Positions 49,218 to 60,800 of a DNA stretch of 64,000 nt are shown one piece after another. Every line of letters begins with the position of its first letter. The first letter of the stretch is position 1. The notes below the pieces were generated by a model. It was given only the letters and a program-made list of their open reading frames with translations. It was not told the DNA's origin and ran no database searches. Source of the stretch: Deltaproteobacteria bacterium. Lineage in GTDB: Bacteria; Desulfobacterota; Binatia; UBA12015. The stretch lies in assembly GCA_046583355.1 (NCBI GenBank), contig JAYGCM010000063.1, positions 32,001 through 96,000 on the forward strand, read 5' to 3'. The position numbers and the translations under genes were made by a program.

Positions 49218-50063
49218 TCAATCCGGCTTGGCAACGCAGCGGTTGATGAGCGTGCCGATCCCCTCGATGGTGGTCTCGATGACGTCCCCCGGCTGGAGGA
49301 AGCGGCCCTTCATGAAGCCCGCGCCCGCCGGTGTCCCGGTGAAGATCATGTCACCCGGCTCGAGCGTGCAGATGCCCGAGATGTAGGCAACGAGCTCCGG
49401 AATGGTGAAAATCAGATCGCTCGTGCGCGCGTCCTGCTGGCGCTCGCCGTTCACATCACAGGTGATGGCGAGGTCGCTCGGGTCAGCAAATTGATCGAGC
49501 GATACGATACACGGGCCGATCGGGCCGTAGGTATCGAAGGATTTGGCGAGGTCGAAATGCGGCGGCTTGCTCGCAAATTGGGTGGTGCGCTCGGAGACAT
49601 CCTGCCCGCAGGTGAAGCCGGCGATATGCTCCCAGGCGTCTTCGGCGGTGATGTCGCGCGCTCGCGTGCCCATGACGAGCACCAATTCTGCCTCCCAATC
49701 GGTCGTCGGACCGTAAATGATCACGTCGGCCGTCGGGCCTGTGATGCAATTCGAGAATTTGGCGAAGACCAGCGGGTTGGGCGGCACCTCCATGCCGCTC
49801 TCCTCCGCGTGCGCACGATAATTCAGGCCAACCGCGAAGACCTTGCGCGGCAGTGGTACGCAGGCGCTGAGTGCGGCGACGTCCAGCGGCGCATCCGGAA
49901 CGGCGCCGAGACCGGCCGCCACCTCATGCAATTCCGTAAAGCGCGCAATCGCGGCCATTGGGTCGGCCGAGAAGCCTCCCCCACTATGCCGCTTCAGATC
50001 GTAGACCCCGTCATTCGCGACCAATACGGCACGCTCGTTCATCACAGCAAGGCGATAAGCCAT
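49218..50063 (-). CDS. Fumarylacetoacetate hydrolase family protein
   Basis: GLNYRAHAEE, DWEAEL, DVSER, KSFDTYGPIGP, TGTPAG. Confidence 0.93.
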   Translation of the reverse strand: MAYRLAVMNERAVLVANDGVYDLKRHSGGGFSADPMAAIARFTELHEVAAGLGAVPDAPLDVAALSACVPLPRKVFAVGLNYRAHAEESGMEVPPNPLVFAKFSNCITGPTADVIIYGPTTDWEAELVLVMGTRARDITAEDAWEHIAGFTCGQDVSERTTQFASKPPHFDLAKSFDTYGPIGPCIVSLDQFADPSDLAITCDVNGERQQDARTSDLIFTIPELVAYISGICTLEPGDMIFTGTPAGAGFMKGRFLQPGDVIETTIEGIGTLINRCVAKPD

Positions 50064-50101
50064 TTCATCTCTCCCTTTTCATATCATGCGGCGGCAACGG
50101 C

Positions 50102-51040
50102 TCAGCCCGCGGCGCCGCAGCGGTGCTGCTTGACCGCGGCGATCATCGCGTAGACCGACTCAAGGTCAACCGGCTCGTCCCACGCGCCACCGCGCAGCTC
50201 GCGGTAGGCCCGGTGTACATTGAACGCAATGCGCTCGGGCTCGGTCCAGCCCGCATAGGGGCCAGGGTCAATCTGCTTGGCGGCCTCCAATTCGGAGAGC
50301 CCCTTGGCAAAACAGCGCTCGGATTCCTGGCGGATGAACTCGAGATATTCCTTCATCTCGCGCGGCCCTTCCTGACCACAGATGGGGCCGTGGCCGGGTA
50401 CGATCACCTCGGGGTCGAGCTCATTGATCCGGTCCAATGCCCGCGTCCATCCGGCAAAGGTACCCTCCCAGCCGATCGGTGTGCAGAGACGAAAGAGGAC
50501 ATCGCCGGCGAAGACCACGCGCTGCTCGGGAAGATGTACCAGAAGGTCGCCGGTCGTATGCGCCGGGCCGACATGGATCAGCTCGACGCGCAGGCCGTCG
50601 AGTTCAATCTCCATCGAATCATCCACCAGGGTGGTCGGCGGCGTGACCTTCACGCCGCGGAAATCGAACTCCGCAAGCAGCTCGGCGAAGGCGGCAAAGG
50701 GACCCTCCGTTACAGCACCGTCACGCAGGGCCTGCATCTGTGCCGGATCTTCCTTGGCAGCATCGTCGACGAAGCTGCGGTGGCCGATGATCTCGGCGGA
50801 CGCGAAGAGTTGGTTGCCCCAGAAATGATCGCCATTGCGGTGCGTGTTGACGACGCGAGCGGCCGGCGCGACCCAGACCTGCGCATAGAGATCGATCATC
50901 GCGCGCGTATGGGGCAGATCCCAGAAAGTATCGACCACCAGGCCGCCGCCACGGTTCACCAAGCCAGAGTTACTCTTGCCCAGGCCGGTATCTTCCTGCA
51001 AGCAAGCAAAAACATCATTGCCGAGTTCGACGAGTTCCAT
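50102..51040 (-). CDS. MBL-fold metallo-hydrolase
   Basis: THRNGDHFWGN, AHTTGD, FAGD, VPGHG. Confidence 0.9.
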   Translation of the reverse strand: MELVELGNDVFACLQEDTGLGKSNSGLVNRGGGLVVDTFWDLPHTRAMIDLYAQVWVAPAARVVNTHRNGDHFWGNQLFASAEIIGHRSFVDDAAKEDPAQMQALRDGAVTEGPFAAFAELLAEFDFRGVKVTPPTTLVDDSMEIELDGLRVELIHVGPAHTTGDLLVHLPEQRVVFAGDVLFRLCTPIGWEGTFAGWTRALDRINELDPEVIVPGHGPICGQEGPREMKEYLEFIRQESERCFAKGLSELEAAKQIDPGPYAGWTEPERIAFNVHRAYRELRGGAWDEPVDLESVYAMIAAVKQHRCGAAG

Positions 51041-51046
51041 AATCCC

Positions 51047-54000
51047 TTATCCTATACGGCGTTCTTCGATGGCGGAGTAGAGAACCGGCACGACGAAGAC
51101 AGTGATGATTACGAGCACCATGCCGCCGAACGACGGGATCGCCATGGGGACCATTACGTCGGCGCCACGGCCGGTGGAGGTGAGCACGGGAACCAGCGCA
51201 AGAATCGTGGTCGCCGAGGTCATCAGGCAAGGGCGGATGCGGCGCAGACTTGCCTTGACCGTCGCGTCGCGGATCGCGGCGATGGTGCGCGGCTGGTCAG
51301 CAGCGAAGGTCTGGCGCAGATAGGTCGCCAGGATGACGCCGTTATCCGAGGCGATGCCGAAGAGGGCGAGGAAGCCCACCCAGACAGCGACGCTGAGGTT
51401 ATAGGGTGCGACAGCAAAGAGTTCGCGCAGGTTCACGCCCAAAAGCGAGAAGTCGAGGAACCAACTCTGGCCATAGAGCCAGAGCATCAGGAAGCCGCCC
51501 GACCAGGCCACCAGGATGCCGGAGAAGACCAGCAGTGTCGTCGATATTTGTTTGAACTGAAAGTAGAGAATCAGAAAAATGACGAAAAGAGCCAGCGGCA
51601 GAATCAGGGCGAGAGTCTTCTGGGCACGGATCTGGTTCTCATAGCTACCGGCGAAGGTGAAGCTCACGCCGGGCGGGATCTCGAATTCGCCGCTCGCGAT
51701 TTTCGCGTTCAAGAAGGCCTGCGCCTCTTCCACCACGTCGACCTCCGCGCTATCCGCCACCTTGTCGAACACAACATAGGCAACCAGGAAGGTATCTTCG
51801 CTTTTGATGACCTGCGGGCCCGCCAGGTAGCGAATTTTTGCCAGCTGCTCGAGCGGGATCTGCCCGCCCGAAGACGAGGGGACCAAAATGCGCCCGAGCG
51901 AATCGACTCGGTCGCGTAACTCACGTTGGTAACGCACGCGCACGGGGTAGCGCTCGCGCCCTTCCACCGTCGTGGTCAGTCGCTTGCCGCCAATGGCGAC
52001 CTCAATGACATCCTGCACCTTGTTGAGATGCACGCCATAGCGGGCGATGGCCGCTCGGTCGATTTCGATTTCGAGGTAAGGTTTGCCGACGATACGATCC
52101 GCGATAACCGTGCCAGCCTGGATTCCCGGGACCTGTTTCAACAGGCGCTCGACCTCCAGCCCGACCCGGTCGAGTGTTTCGAGATCCGGGCCTTTGATCT
52201 TGACGCCCATGGGGGCACGCATACCACTCTGCAACATGACGATTCGCGCCGCGATCGGCTGCAACTTCGGCGCGTTGGTCGTGCCAGGAATCCTGGTCAC
52301 GCGCGCAATCTCATCCCAGATATCGTCCGGGCTCCGCACTTCGTCGCGCCATTGCCGGAAAGGCCGACCGTCGTCGTCGGGGATCAGCTCGCCATCTGCC
52401 GTACGCGCGAATTCCCCGCGCGCGTCGTCGAAACGGAAAGGGAGACGGTAGCCATCCCGGTCGCTGATGTACTCCGTTTTGTAGTTGATGATGGTCTCGA
52501 ACATCGAGATCGGCGCCGGGTCGAGCGGGCTCTCTGCGCGACCAAGCTTGCCGACCGCCGTCTCGATCTCGGGAATCGCGTTCAGCGCCATGACCTGGCG
52601 CTGGAGAATATCCATCGCCTCGCCGATCGAGGCATGCGGCATCGTGGACGGCATATGGAGGAACGAGCCTTCGTCGAGGGGTTGCATGAACTCACGGCCC
52701 AGCCCCGGAAAGGTCCGCTCGACGGCCGCGTATACACGCGAGGTCCGGACCAACTCGGGCACGAAGAAAAAGACCTGGGCAAAGCCGAGCCACACCATCA
52801 GCCCGGCCGCCGTGATAGCCGACGCAAAGGAGAGGAATGCCCCCTTATGCACCAGGCAAAACCGCAGCAGCGGCTCGTAGAAATACTGGAAGATCAGCAA
52901 CCCACCCAACACGGACCCGATCAGCAGAACGACAAATAGATAATTACGTACCGCCCCGAACTCCGGGCCAAGCGGCACCCAATGGCTCGAGAGTACGGCC
53001 GATACCGCCAGCACCGCGATGCCATTGACGACCGCGCGCAACCAGCTCCGCCGCCGGGACACGCCACCGATGCGGGTGAAGAGAAGATGCGCGAAGGCGG
53101 GGATCACCGTCAGGGCAACGATGATCGAAGCCACCAGAGCGAAGGTTTTGGTGAAGGCCAGTGGCGTGAAGAGCTTCCCCTCGGCGCCTTGCATGGTGAA
53201 GACCGGCAGGAAGCTCACCACCGTCGTCGCCACGGCCGTGAGCACCGCACTGCCGACCTCAGTGGTGGCCTTGTAGACCGCTTCGAGGCGGTCCTCACCG
53301 GGGCGCAACCGCTCAAGGTGGCGCAGAATATTTTCACAGATCACAATGCCGACATCGACCATCGTGCCGATCGCAATGGCGATACCCGAGAGCGCGACGA
53401 TATTGGCGTCGACCCCGGCGTAGCGCATGGCAATGAAGGTCATGAGAATCGCCAGCGGCAAAAGCCCCGCGATCAATAGCGAGCTCTGCAGATGGAAGAC
53501 CATCACGGCCACCACGATGATCGTGACCAGCACCTCCTCGGTGAGCGCCCGGCGCAAAGTGCCGAGGGTCTCGTAGATCAAACCCGAGCGGTCGTAGAAG
53601 GGAACCACTGTGACCTGCGAGACCCTCCCGTCAGCGAGTGTCTTCTTCGGCAGGCCCGGAGCGATCTCCTCGATTTTCGCCTTGATATTCTGGATGACCG
53701 CGAGCGGATTGTCGCCGAAACGCGCCACCACCACGCCGCCCACCGCCTCGGCGCCTCCCTTGTTGAGCGCGCCGCGGCGCAGCGCCGGGCCCGTCGTCAC
53801 CACGGCTACGTCCTTTACGTAGACCGGGACGTTCTCGTTCGATTTGATGACCGAGTTCTCAATATCTTCGAGGCTACGAATGAAGCCGCGGCCGCGAATG
53901 AAATACTCGACGCCATTGATCTCGAGGTTGCGTGCGCCCACATCGAGGTTTGCCATGCGCACGGCGTCGGCAACCTCGGCAATGCTCACACCGAAGGCCC

Positions 54001-54670
54001 GCATCGCATCGGGGTCCACATCGACCTGGTACTCACGGACAAAGCCGCCAACGCTGCCGACCTCGCTCACGCCCGAAGCCGAGAGCAAGGCGTAGCGAAC
54101 ATGCCAATCCTGCACGCTGCGCAGCTCGTCCAGATCCCAGCCGGGCGCGGGCCTGCCCTGGGCATCACGGCCCTCAAGCGTGTACCAGAAGACCTGACCA
54201 AGCGAGGTCGCATCCGGCCCCAGCGCCGGGCGAACGTCTTCGGGCATCGTGCCCGCAGGAAGACTCGCCAGCTTCTCCAGCACGCGAGAACGCGACCAAT
54301 AGAAGTCGATATCTTCGTTGAAGATGATGTAGATCGAAGAAAATCCGAAGAACGAATAACTACGGATAGTACGCACGCCCGGTACGCCGAGCAGCGACAC
54401 CGTTAGCGGGTAGGTGATCTGGTCTTCCACATCCTGCGGCGACCGGCCCATCCATTGGGTAAAAACGATTTGCTGGTTTTCGCCGATATCGGGGATCGCA
54501 TCGATCGGCACAGGGCTGCGCGGCAACCCGCCGACCTGCCAATCGAAGGGCGCGACGAGCGTGCCCCAAACCATGACGAACACGGTCGCGAGCACGACAA
54601 CGAGCTTGTTCTCCAAAGAGAAGCGGACAATCCGCCCGAGCAGGGACGGCGGCGGCGTGCTCTCGCTCAT
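51047..54670 (-). CDS. cusA: Heavy-metal RND efflux permease, CusA type
   Basis: DAIPDIGENQ, GPDAT, AIGTMVD, Met sites HMPSTMP / SMFET / SGMRAPM. Confidence 0.92.
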   Translation of the reverse strand: MSESTPPPSLLGRIVRFSLENKLVVVLATVFVMVWGTLVAPFDWQVGGLPRSPVPIDAIPDIGENQQIVFTQWMGRSPQDVEDQITYPLTVSLLGVPGVRTIRSYSFFGFSSIYIIFNEDIDFYWSRSRVLEKLASLPAGTMPEDVRPALGPDATSLGQVFWYTLEGRDAQGRPAPGWDLDELRSVQDWHVRYALLSASGVSEVGSVGGFVREYQVDVDPDAMRAFGVSIAEVADAVRMANLDVGARNLEINGVEYFIRGRGFIRSLEDIENSVIKSNENVPVYVKDVAVVTTGPALRRGALNKGGAEAVGGVVVARFGDNPLAVIQNIKAKIEEIAPGLPKKTLADGRVSQVTVVPFYDRSGLIYETLGTLRRALTEEVLVTIIVVAVMVFHLQSSLLIAGLLPLAILMTFIAMRYAGVDANIVALSGIAIAIGTMVDVGIVICENILRHLERLRPGEDRLEAVYKATTEVGSAVLTAVATTVVSFLPVFTMQGAEGKLFTPLAFTKTFALVASIIVALTVIPAFAHLLFTRIGGVSRRRSWLRAVVNGIAVLAVSAVLSSHWVPLGPEFGAVRNYLFVVLLIGSVLGGLLIFQYFYEPLLRFCLVHKGAFLSFASAITAAGLMVWLGFAQVFFFVPELVRTSRVYAAVERTFPGLGREFMQPLDEGSFLHMPSTMPHASIGEAMDILQRQVMALNAIPEIETAVGKLGRAESPLDPAPISMFETIINYKTEYISDRDGYRLPFRFDDARGEFARTADGELIPDDDGRPFRQWRDEVRSPDDIWDEIARVTRIPGTTNAPKLQPIAARIVMLQSGMRAPMGVKIKGPDLETLDRVGLEVERLLKQVPGIQAGTVIADRIVGKPYLEIEIDRAAIARYGVHLNKVQDVIEVAIGGKRLTTTVEGRERYPVRVRYQRELRDRVDSLGRILVPSSSGGQIPLEQLAKIRYLAGPQVIKSEDTFLVAYVVFDKVADSAEVDVVEEAQAFLNAKIASGEFEIPPGVSFTFAGSYENQIRAQKTLALILPLALFVIFLILYFQFKQISTTLLVFSGILVAWSGGFLMLWLYGQSWFLDFSLLGVNLRELFAVAPYNLSVAVWVGFLALFGIASDNGVILATYLRQTFAADQPRTIAAIRDATVKASLRRIRPCLMTSATTILALVPVLTSTGRGADVMVPMAIPSFGGMVLVIITVFVVPVLYSAIEERRIG

Positions 54671-54742
54671 GCCGAGAGGCTCCTGGCATCCACGACCCGC
54701 CGCACGCGGCATGCCCTCGGTCGCCGCGCGAGCCTATGCGAC

Positions 54743-56245
54743 TCAATGCGCATGCGCATGCCCGCCCCCACCTCCGTCGCCCGTGGCACTCATCATGCTC
54801 GGACGCGCCTGTATTTGCAGCGCCGAGTCGATCTTGAAATTGCCCTTGACGACGACTTCTTCGCCTTCGACCAACCCCTCCCGCACCACATAGGTCGCAC
54901 CGGCACGCGGGCCGAGTACGACCTCGCGGCCCTCAAAGGTGGGGCGCTCGGCACCCGCCACCTTCACGTAGACCACAGCGCGCTCGCCTGTGATCAGCGG
55001 TGCCGTGGCCGGCACCACGAGGGGCAGAATATCGCTCGCGGGCGCGACGTAGCCGTAGTCCTCGGCGCGCACCAGATCCATACCGCAGATCGGGCAGGCG
55101 CCCGGCTCGTCGCGAATGATCTCGGGGTGCATCGGGCCGATAAATTTGCCGGCCAGCTCCGGGTCCATCACGCGGCCGCCTTCGCTGATGCCAGCGAGAA
55201 CCATCGCACGCACGAACATGCCGGGCTTGAGGCGACCGTCGGCGTTGTCGACATTGACGCGCAGCTTTACTGTCCGGGTTTTTGCGTTGACTGTCGGCTC
55301 GATGAAGGCGACGCGGCCGCCGAAGGCCTCCCCCGGGTAGGCCTCGGTGGCGAACTCGACACGCTGGCCGAAGCGGATCCACGACATATCGGATTCATAA
55401 GCATCGAGCTGAACCCAAAGCCTGGAGAGGTCGGCGATCTCGTAGATCAAGGTTCCGGTCTCGACGTACATACCCTCGAAGGCATGCTTCATCACCACCG
55501 TTCCGCCGATCGGCGAGAAGATGGTGAGCGTGTCTGATACCTTGCCCTCGGTCTCGATGGCGCCGATCTGCGCGGGCGTAAGACCAAGCAAGCGCAGCTT
55601 TTCCCGCGACGCATCGACGGTGGCCGAAGACGACTCGCGCAGCACGGAAACCTTGCTGCGGCGCAAAGCACGCGCGGCCTTGCCGGCCTGCAAAAGCTCT
55701 TCTTGTGCGGTGCGCAACTCGGGGCTGTAGACGACCACCAAATGGTCGCCCTGATTGACCTGCACGCCGGTGAAATCGACGAAAACCCGGTCGATCCGAC
55801 CCGATACCCAGGCCGCGATCTTGCGCACGCGGGTCTCGTCGTAGGCGACCTTGCCGACCATCCTGATTTCTTTGGAAACCGCCTCGCGCACGACCACCGC
55901 GGTCTGAATTCCGGCCAGCGCGACACCCACCGCGCTCATCGTCAGGCGCCGACTCTCCACTTCCTCGCCCGCCGTGCCACTCGCGTCTCCGGTGGCGACC
56001 GGAACCAATTCCATGCCGCAGATCGGACAGCGGCCCAACGCGGGAAGCTGGATCTGCGAATGCATGGCGCAGGTCCATACCTCTGCCTGTACCGGCGCAC
56101 CACCATGACCGGCATGGCCGGCATGCACATCAGCGGCTTGCGCCGTGGCATCCGGCGCGCTGGGCTCATCGGGCGACGGGGCGCATTGCACGAGAAATCC
56201 CAGCAGCAGGGCGAATCCGAAGCGGGAAATATTGGGGCATCTCAT
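54743..56245 (-). CDS. cusB: RND periplasmic adaptor CusB with two heavy-metal-binding domains
   Basis: CAMH...CPICGMEL, PMH...CPICGMDL, YSPEL, LKPGMF, C-terminal HAHAH. Confidence 0.9.
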   Translation of the reverse strand: MRCPNISRFGFALLLGFLVQCAPSPDEPSAPDATAQAADVHAGHAGHGGAPVQAEVWTCAMHSQIQLPALGRCPICGMELVPVATGDASGTAGEEVESRRLTMSAVGVALAGIQTAVVVREAVSKEIRMVGKVAYDETRVRKIAAWVSGRIDRVFVDFTGVQVNQGDHLVVVYSPELRTAQEELLQAGKAARALRRSKVSVLRESSSATVDASREKLRLLGLTPAQIGAIETEGKVSDTLTIFSPIGGTVVMKHAFEGMYVETGTLIYEIADLSRLWVQLDAYESDMSWIRFGQRVEFATEAYPGEAFGGRVAFIEPTVNAKTRTVKLRVNVDNADGRLKPGMFVRAMVLAGISEGGRVMDPELAGKFIGPMHPEIIRDEPGACPICGMDLVRAEDYGYVAPASDILPLVVPATAPLITGERAVVYVKVAGAERPTFEGREVVLGPRAGATYVVREGLVEGEEVVVKGNFKIDSALQIQARPSMMSATGDGGGGGHAHAH

Positions 56246-57648
56246 GGCAGGACCTCCGTTGGCATGGGTTGCAACACCGACTCGCCGATCAGCTTCTCGA
56301 TTTCCGCGTAACGTTCCAATCGATCGGCACGTGCCCGCTCATAGGAGAGGCCGAACTCCAAGAAGAGCCGCTGCGCCTGCAATAGGTCGAGGAAATCGGC
56401 CCCGCCGGACTCATAGGCAGAGTAGTTCGCGGCCAGCGCTTCTTTGGCCTTCGGCACCAAGGCGTTGCCGAAAAGGTCGGTCTTTCTCTCCGCATCGCGG
56501 AAACCGTAGAGCGCAAATTGCAGATCGGTCGCCAGATTGCGCTCGCGTGCAACCCGCCGCTGGCGCGCGGCGCGCTGCAACGCTTCGGCCTCGCGCACAC
56601 CCGCGCTGTATTTCTGCCACCAGATCGGCAGGTTCATCGAGACCATGCCGATCACCGGGTCCTGGCCGGCGTCGGGTACATTCTGCCCGGCCCGGCGACC
56701 GGTCTCGATCCATTCAACTCCGAGCGTCACGTCGGGGAAATATTCTTTCCAGGCGAGATCCACCCGGCGCCCTTGCTCCTCGACACCTGCCTCCAGCGCC
56801 CCGAGCTCGGGGTTGGAAGCGCCCAGCCGGGCCAACAATTCCTCATCTTCAAAGACGACTTCGAACTCGGGCAAAGCCACCGGAGCCACGATCGGCATCC
56901 GACTCTCGCGACCCAGAACATCGTTCAGCCGAGCGATCGTCGGCACACGCAGATCTTCCAATGTACGCAGCCTATCGTCGAGTTTGCCGAGCTCCACCTG
57001 CGCGTTGATCAAATCATGGTAGCTGCCGGTCGCGACACGATATTTGGCGCGGATCAGCACCTCCCAATCGCGCAGCAGGTCGACATTTTCACGCGTCACC
57101 GCGATGGCGCGAGCGAGGTAATAATACTCGGCCCAGGCCTGCGTCACCTGCTCGAAAAGACGGAGTTTTCGCGCCTCGAAGCGCAACCGCGCGGCTTCGG
57201 CCGCCTGCGCCGCGAGTTCACCGCGCAAGATCAGCTTGGTAAGCCAGGGGAAGGTCTGTGCACCGCGCAGGCGCTGCTGCTGCGGCCCGGTAAAGGTCTC
57301 GACGCTTGCGAAATAATAGCCGTAGGAGATCTGCGGATCGGGCAACGCCTCGGCTTGCACGACGCGCTCCACCGCGGCCATCCAGAGCTGCCAGGAGGCA
57401 CGCAGGCCGGGGTTATGCAGCGCAGCATAGCGCAAAAAATCGTCGAGCCCGGCCTCGTCGGCAAGCTCGATATCCGCAGCCAAGGTCGCCTCGGCCGCAC
57501 TGCTTGGCGACGCCACCGCGACGGCATCCGCGTAAGCCGGCGGCCGCGGCTGGCTCAGCGAGACACACGAACTACCCAGCATCAGAACTCCGAGCAGCAC
57601 GCCGAGCAGCAAGGGCGTCCGCGAGGGCATCTTGGGGCGTCGGATCAT
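56242..57648 (-). CDS. TolC-family outer membrane factor (lipoprotein)
   Basis: Lipobox-like GSSC, NPGLRA, LPDP, Q.FPW..KL; first gene of the cus operon; start uncertain. Confidence 0.88.
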   Translation of the reverse strand: MIRRPKMPSRTPLLLGVLLGVLMLGSSCVSLSQPRPPAYADAVAVASPSSAAEATLAADIELADEAGLDDFLRYAALHNPGLRASWQLWMAAVERVVQAEALPDPQISYGYYFASVETFTGPQQQRLRGAQTFPWLTKLILRGELAAQAAEAARLRFEARKLRLFEQVTQAWAEYYYLARAIAVTRENVDLLRDWEVLIRAKYRVATGSYHDLINAQVELGKLDDRLRTLEDLRVPTIARLNDVLGRESRMPIVAPVALPEFEVVFEDEELLARLGASNPELGALEAGVEEQGRRVDLAWKEYFPDVTLGVEWIETGRRAGQNVPDAGQDPVIGMVSMNLPIWWQKYSAGVREAEALQRAARQRRVARERNLATDLQFALYGFRDAERKTDLFGNALVPKAKEALAANYSAYESGGADFLDLLQAQRLFLEFGLSYERARADRLERYAEIEKLIGESVLQPMPTEVLP

Positions 57649-57851
57649 GTCATGCGTCACAAGCTCGGGCTCGGCACCATCATCACGACCCCGTCTCTTA
57701 ATCCGATATGCCAGTCCTCACTCGGGAGCAAGGCAAAGCAGCTTGCTCCGAGAGCCGGCGCGATGAGGCACCTCCCGGATGTGGGAAAAATTCGCAATTG
57801 ATTCGCTTTCCCATTGACGCGGAGCGAGCCGCGCGCGACGATGTGAGCTGC

Positions 57852-60800
57852 ATGGAGGGGATTGCTTTCGATCCGCTGGTGGCTGGCTGGTTTGCCGAGC
57901 ACTTCGCGGCCGCCACGCCGCCGCAGGAAGCCGGCTGGCGAGAAATCGCCGCCGGCCGCGATACGCTCATCGCCGCGCCCACCGGTTCGGGCAAGACTCT
58001 CGCCGCCTTCCTCTGGGCGATCAACGGGCTCGCCCGCCGCGCCCGCGAGAACCGACTGCCGGAGAAAACCTGTATCCTCTACATCTCGCCCCTCAAGGCG
58101 CTCGGCAACGATATCGAGAAGAACCTCGAGATCCCGCTCGGCGGCATTCGCGCCCGCGCCAAGGCCGAGGGGATTAGCATGGAAGAGATCCGCGTCGCCG
58201 TGCGCAGCGGCGATACGCCGGCCTCGGAGCGTCAGAGGATGTTGCGCAAGCCGCCGCATATCCTGATCACCACGCCGGAGTCTCTCTATCTCCTGCTCAC
58301 TGCCGAGAAGAGCCGGCGCATGCTGGAGAACGTCGAGACCATCCTGATCGACGAGGTGCATGCCATCTGCGGCAACAAACGCGGCGCGCATCTGGCGCTG
58401 AGCCTCGAGCGCCTCGACCAGCTCATCACCTCGGCCGACGGCGACCTCGAATCCTCCCGCCGGCGCCCGCAGCGCATCGGCCTCTCGGCCACGCAGAAAC
58501 CGATCTCCGAGATCGCCCGCTGGCTGGTCGGCTGCGACCACCTCCTGCCCGATGGCAGCGCCGATTGTTCGATTGTCGACACCGGCCATAAACGTGCCAT
58601 GGAACTCTCGATCGAAACCACCGAGCTCGAACTCTCGGCCATCGCCAGCCATGAGATGCGCGACGCGATCTACGACCGCATCGTCGAACTCTCCGGCCAG
58701 CACCGCACCACCATCGTCTTCGTCAATACCCGCCGCCTGGTCGAGCGTGTATCGCATGCCCTCGGCGAGCGTCTCGGCGCCGAGCGCGTAGTCGCCCACC
58801 ACGGCAGCCTATCCAAGAAAATTCGCCTCGAAGCCGAGGCCAAGCTCAAATCCGGCAATGTCCCCGTGGTTGTCGCGACCGCATCGCTGGAGCTCGGAAT
58901 CGACGTCGGCCATGTTGACCTGGTTTGCCATCTCGGCGCACCCCGCGCGATCGCCACCCTGCTGCAGCGAGTCGGTCGCTCGGGCCATTGGCTGGGCCAG
59001 GTACCGCGCGGCATTTTCTTCCCTCTGACCCGCGACGAGATGGTGCAGACCGCCGCGGCCGTGCGCGCCATTCGCCTGGGCGAACTCGACCGCATCCTCA
59101 TGCCGGAGAATTGCCGCGATATCCTGGCGCAACAAATCGTTGCCACCGTCGCCACCGGCGATATCGGCCTCGCCGAAATCGAGGCATTGGTGCGCCGTGC
59201 CTGGCCTTGGCGCAACCTCGACAAGGCCGAGTTCGACGCGATCATCGAAATGCTCGCCGAGGGCGTCTCGACGCGACGCGGACGGCGCTCCGCGCATCTT
59301 CATTTCGACCGCGTGAACGGCCGCCTACGCGCGCGCCGCGGGGCGCGTCTCGCCGCCATTACCGGTGGCGGCGCCATCCCCGACACCGGAAATTACGATG
59401 TCATCGAAGACGGCACCGAAGCACGGGTCGGCTCGGTCGATGAAGATTTCGCGGTCGAGAGCATGCGCGGCGATATCTTCCAGCTCGGCAACCACAGCTG
59501 GCGGGTGCGGCGCGTCGAACTGGGCAAGGTACGCGTCGAAGATGCCGGCCAGATCCCGCCAACCATTCCTTTCTGGTTCGGCGAGGCACCGGCACGCACG
59601 CGCGAACTCTCCGACGCCGTCTCCGACCTGCGCGAAGAAGTCGCCACCCGACTACCCGACCGCCCTGCCCTGCTTCTCTGGCTGATGGAAGAATGCGGTA
59701 TTGACGCAAGGGGCGGCGAACAGATCATCGAATATATCGCCGCCACCGTGCATGAGCTTGGCTGCGTACCCACCGGCACCCGACTGATCGCCGAGCGCTT
59801 TTTCGACGAGAGCGGCGGCATGCAGCTGGTGATTCACGCCCCTCTCGGCGGCGCGATCAACCGCGCCTTCGGCCTCGCCTTGCGCAAACGTTTCTGCGTC
59901 GGCTTCGATTTCGAGTTGCAAGCAGCCGCCACGGATGACGGCATCGTGCTCTCGCTCGGCGAACAACATAGTTTTCCGCTGCCTTCGCTCTTCGATATGG
60001 TCCACCCCGACCGCGTCGAGAGCGACCTGATCCAGGCCGTCCTGGCAGCCCCGATGTTCACCAACCGCTGGCGCTGGAACGCAACGCGTTCGCTCACGCT
60101 GGCTCGCCATATGGGCGGCAAGCGAGTTCCCATCCATCTCCAGCGCATGCGCGCCGAAGACCTCGTCGCCGCCATTTTCCCCGCCCAACTCGGCTGCGGC
60201 GACAACCGCAGCGGGCCGATCGAGCTGGTCGACCATCCCCTTGTCAATGAAACGATCGACAATTGCCTACACGAGGCGATGGATACCGAAGGCCTGAAGA
60301 CAACCTTGCGCGCCATCCGTGCGGGCGACATCGAGGTCCGCACCATCGAGACCCCCTCGCCCTCACCTATGGCGCATGAGATCCTCAACGCGAACCCCTA
60401 TGCCTTCCTTGACGATGCGCCGCTCGAGGAGCGCCGTGCGCGGGCGGTGAGCCTGCGTCGCACCGACGATACGCTAGCCCGCGGGCTGGGCCAGCTCGAT
60501 GCCGCGGCCATCGCCGAGGTCCGCACGCAGGCCTGGCCAGATATCCGCACCGCCGACGAATTACACGATGCCTTGCTCGATCTTGTCTGGCTCGGCGAGG
60601 CCGATCTCGAGGCGCCCGCAGGCCAAGACCCGAACGGCCATCCGGCGCCACATAATTGGCGCGTGCTCTTCGAGGAACTGGTCGGCGAAGGCCGCGCGAC
60701 GCTTGCCCTCCACCAGGACGCCACAGGTACCGAGCGGCGGGTCGCCGTGGTGGCCGAGCGTATCGCGCTGGCACGGCTCGGGTTGCCGGGACTGGTTTGC

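Noticed and set aside
49958..51919. 653-aa plus-strand ORF, and similar long ORFs such as 22971-24542, 6591-7880, 9930-11123, 13944-15203 and 56518-57801
   Set aside because: Antisense shadows of well-supported genes, expected from high-GC codon bias; no recognisable motifs
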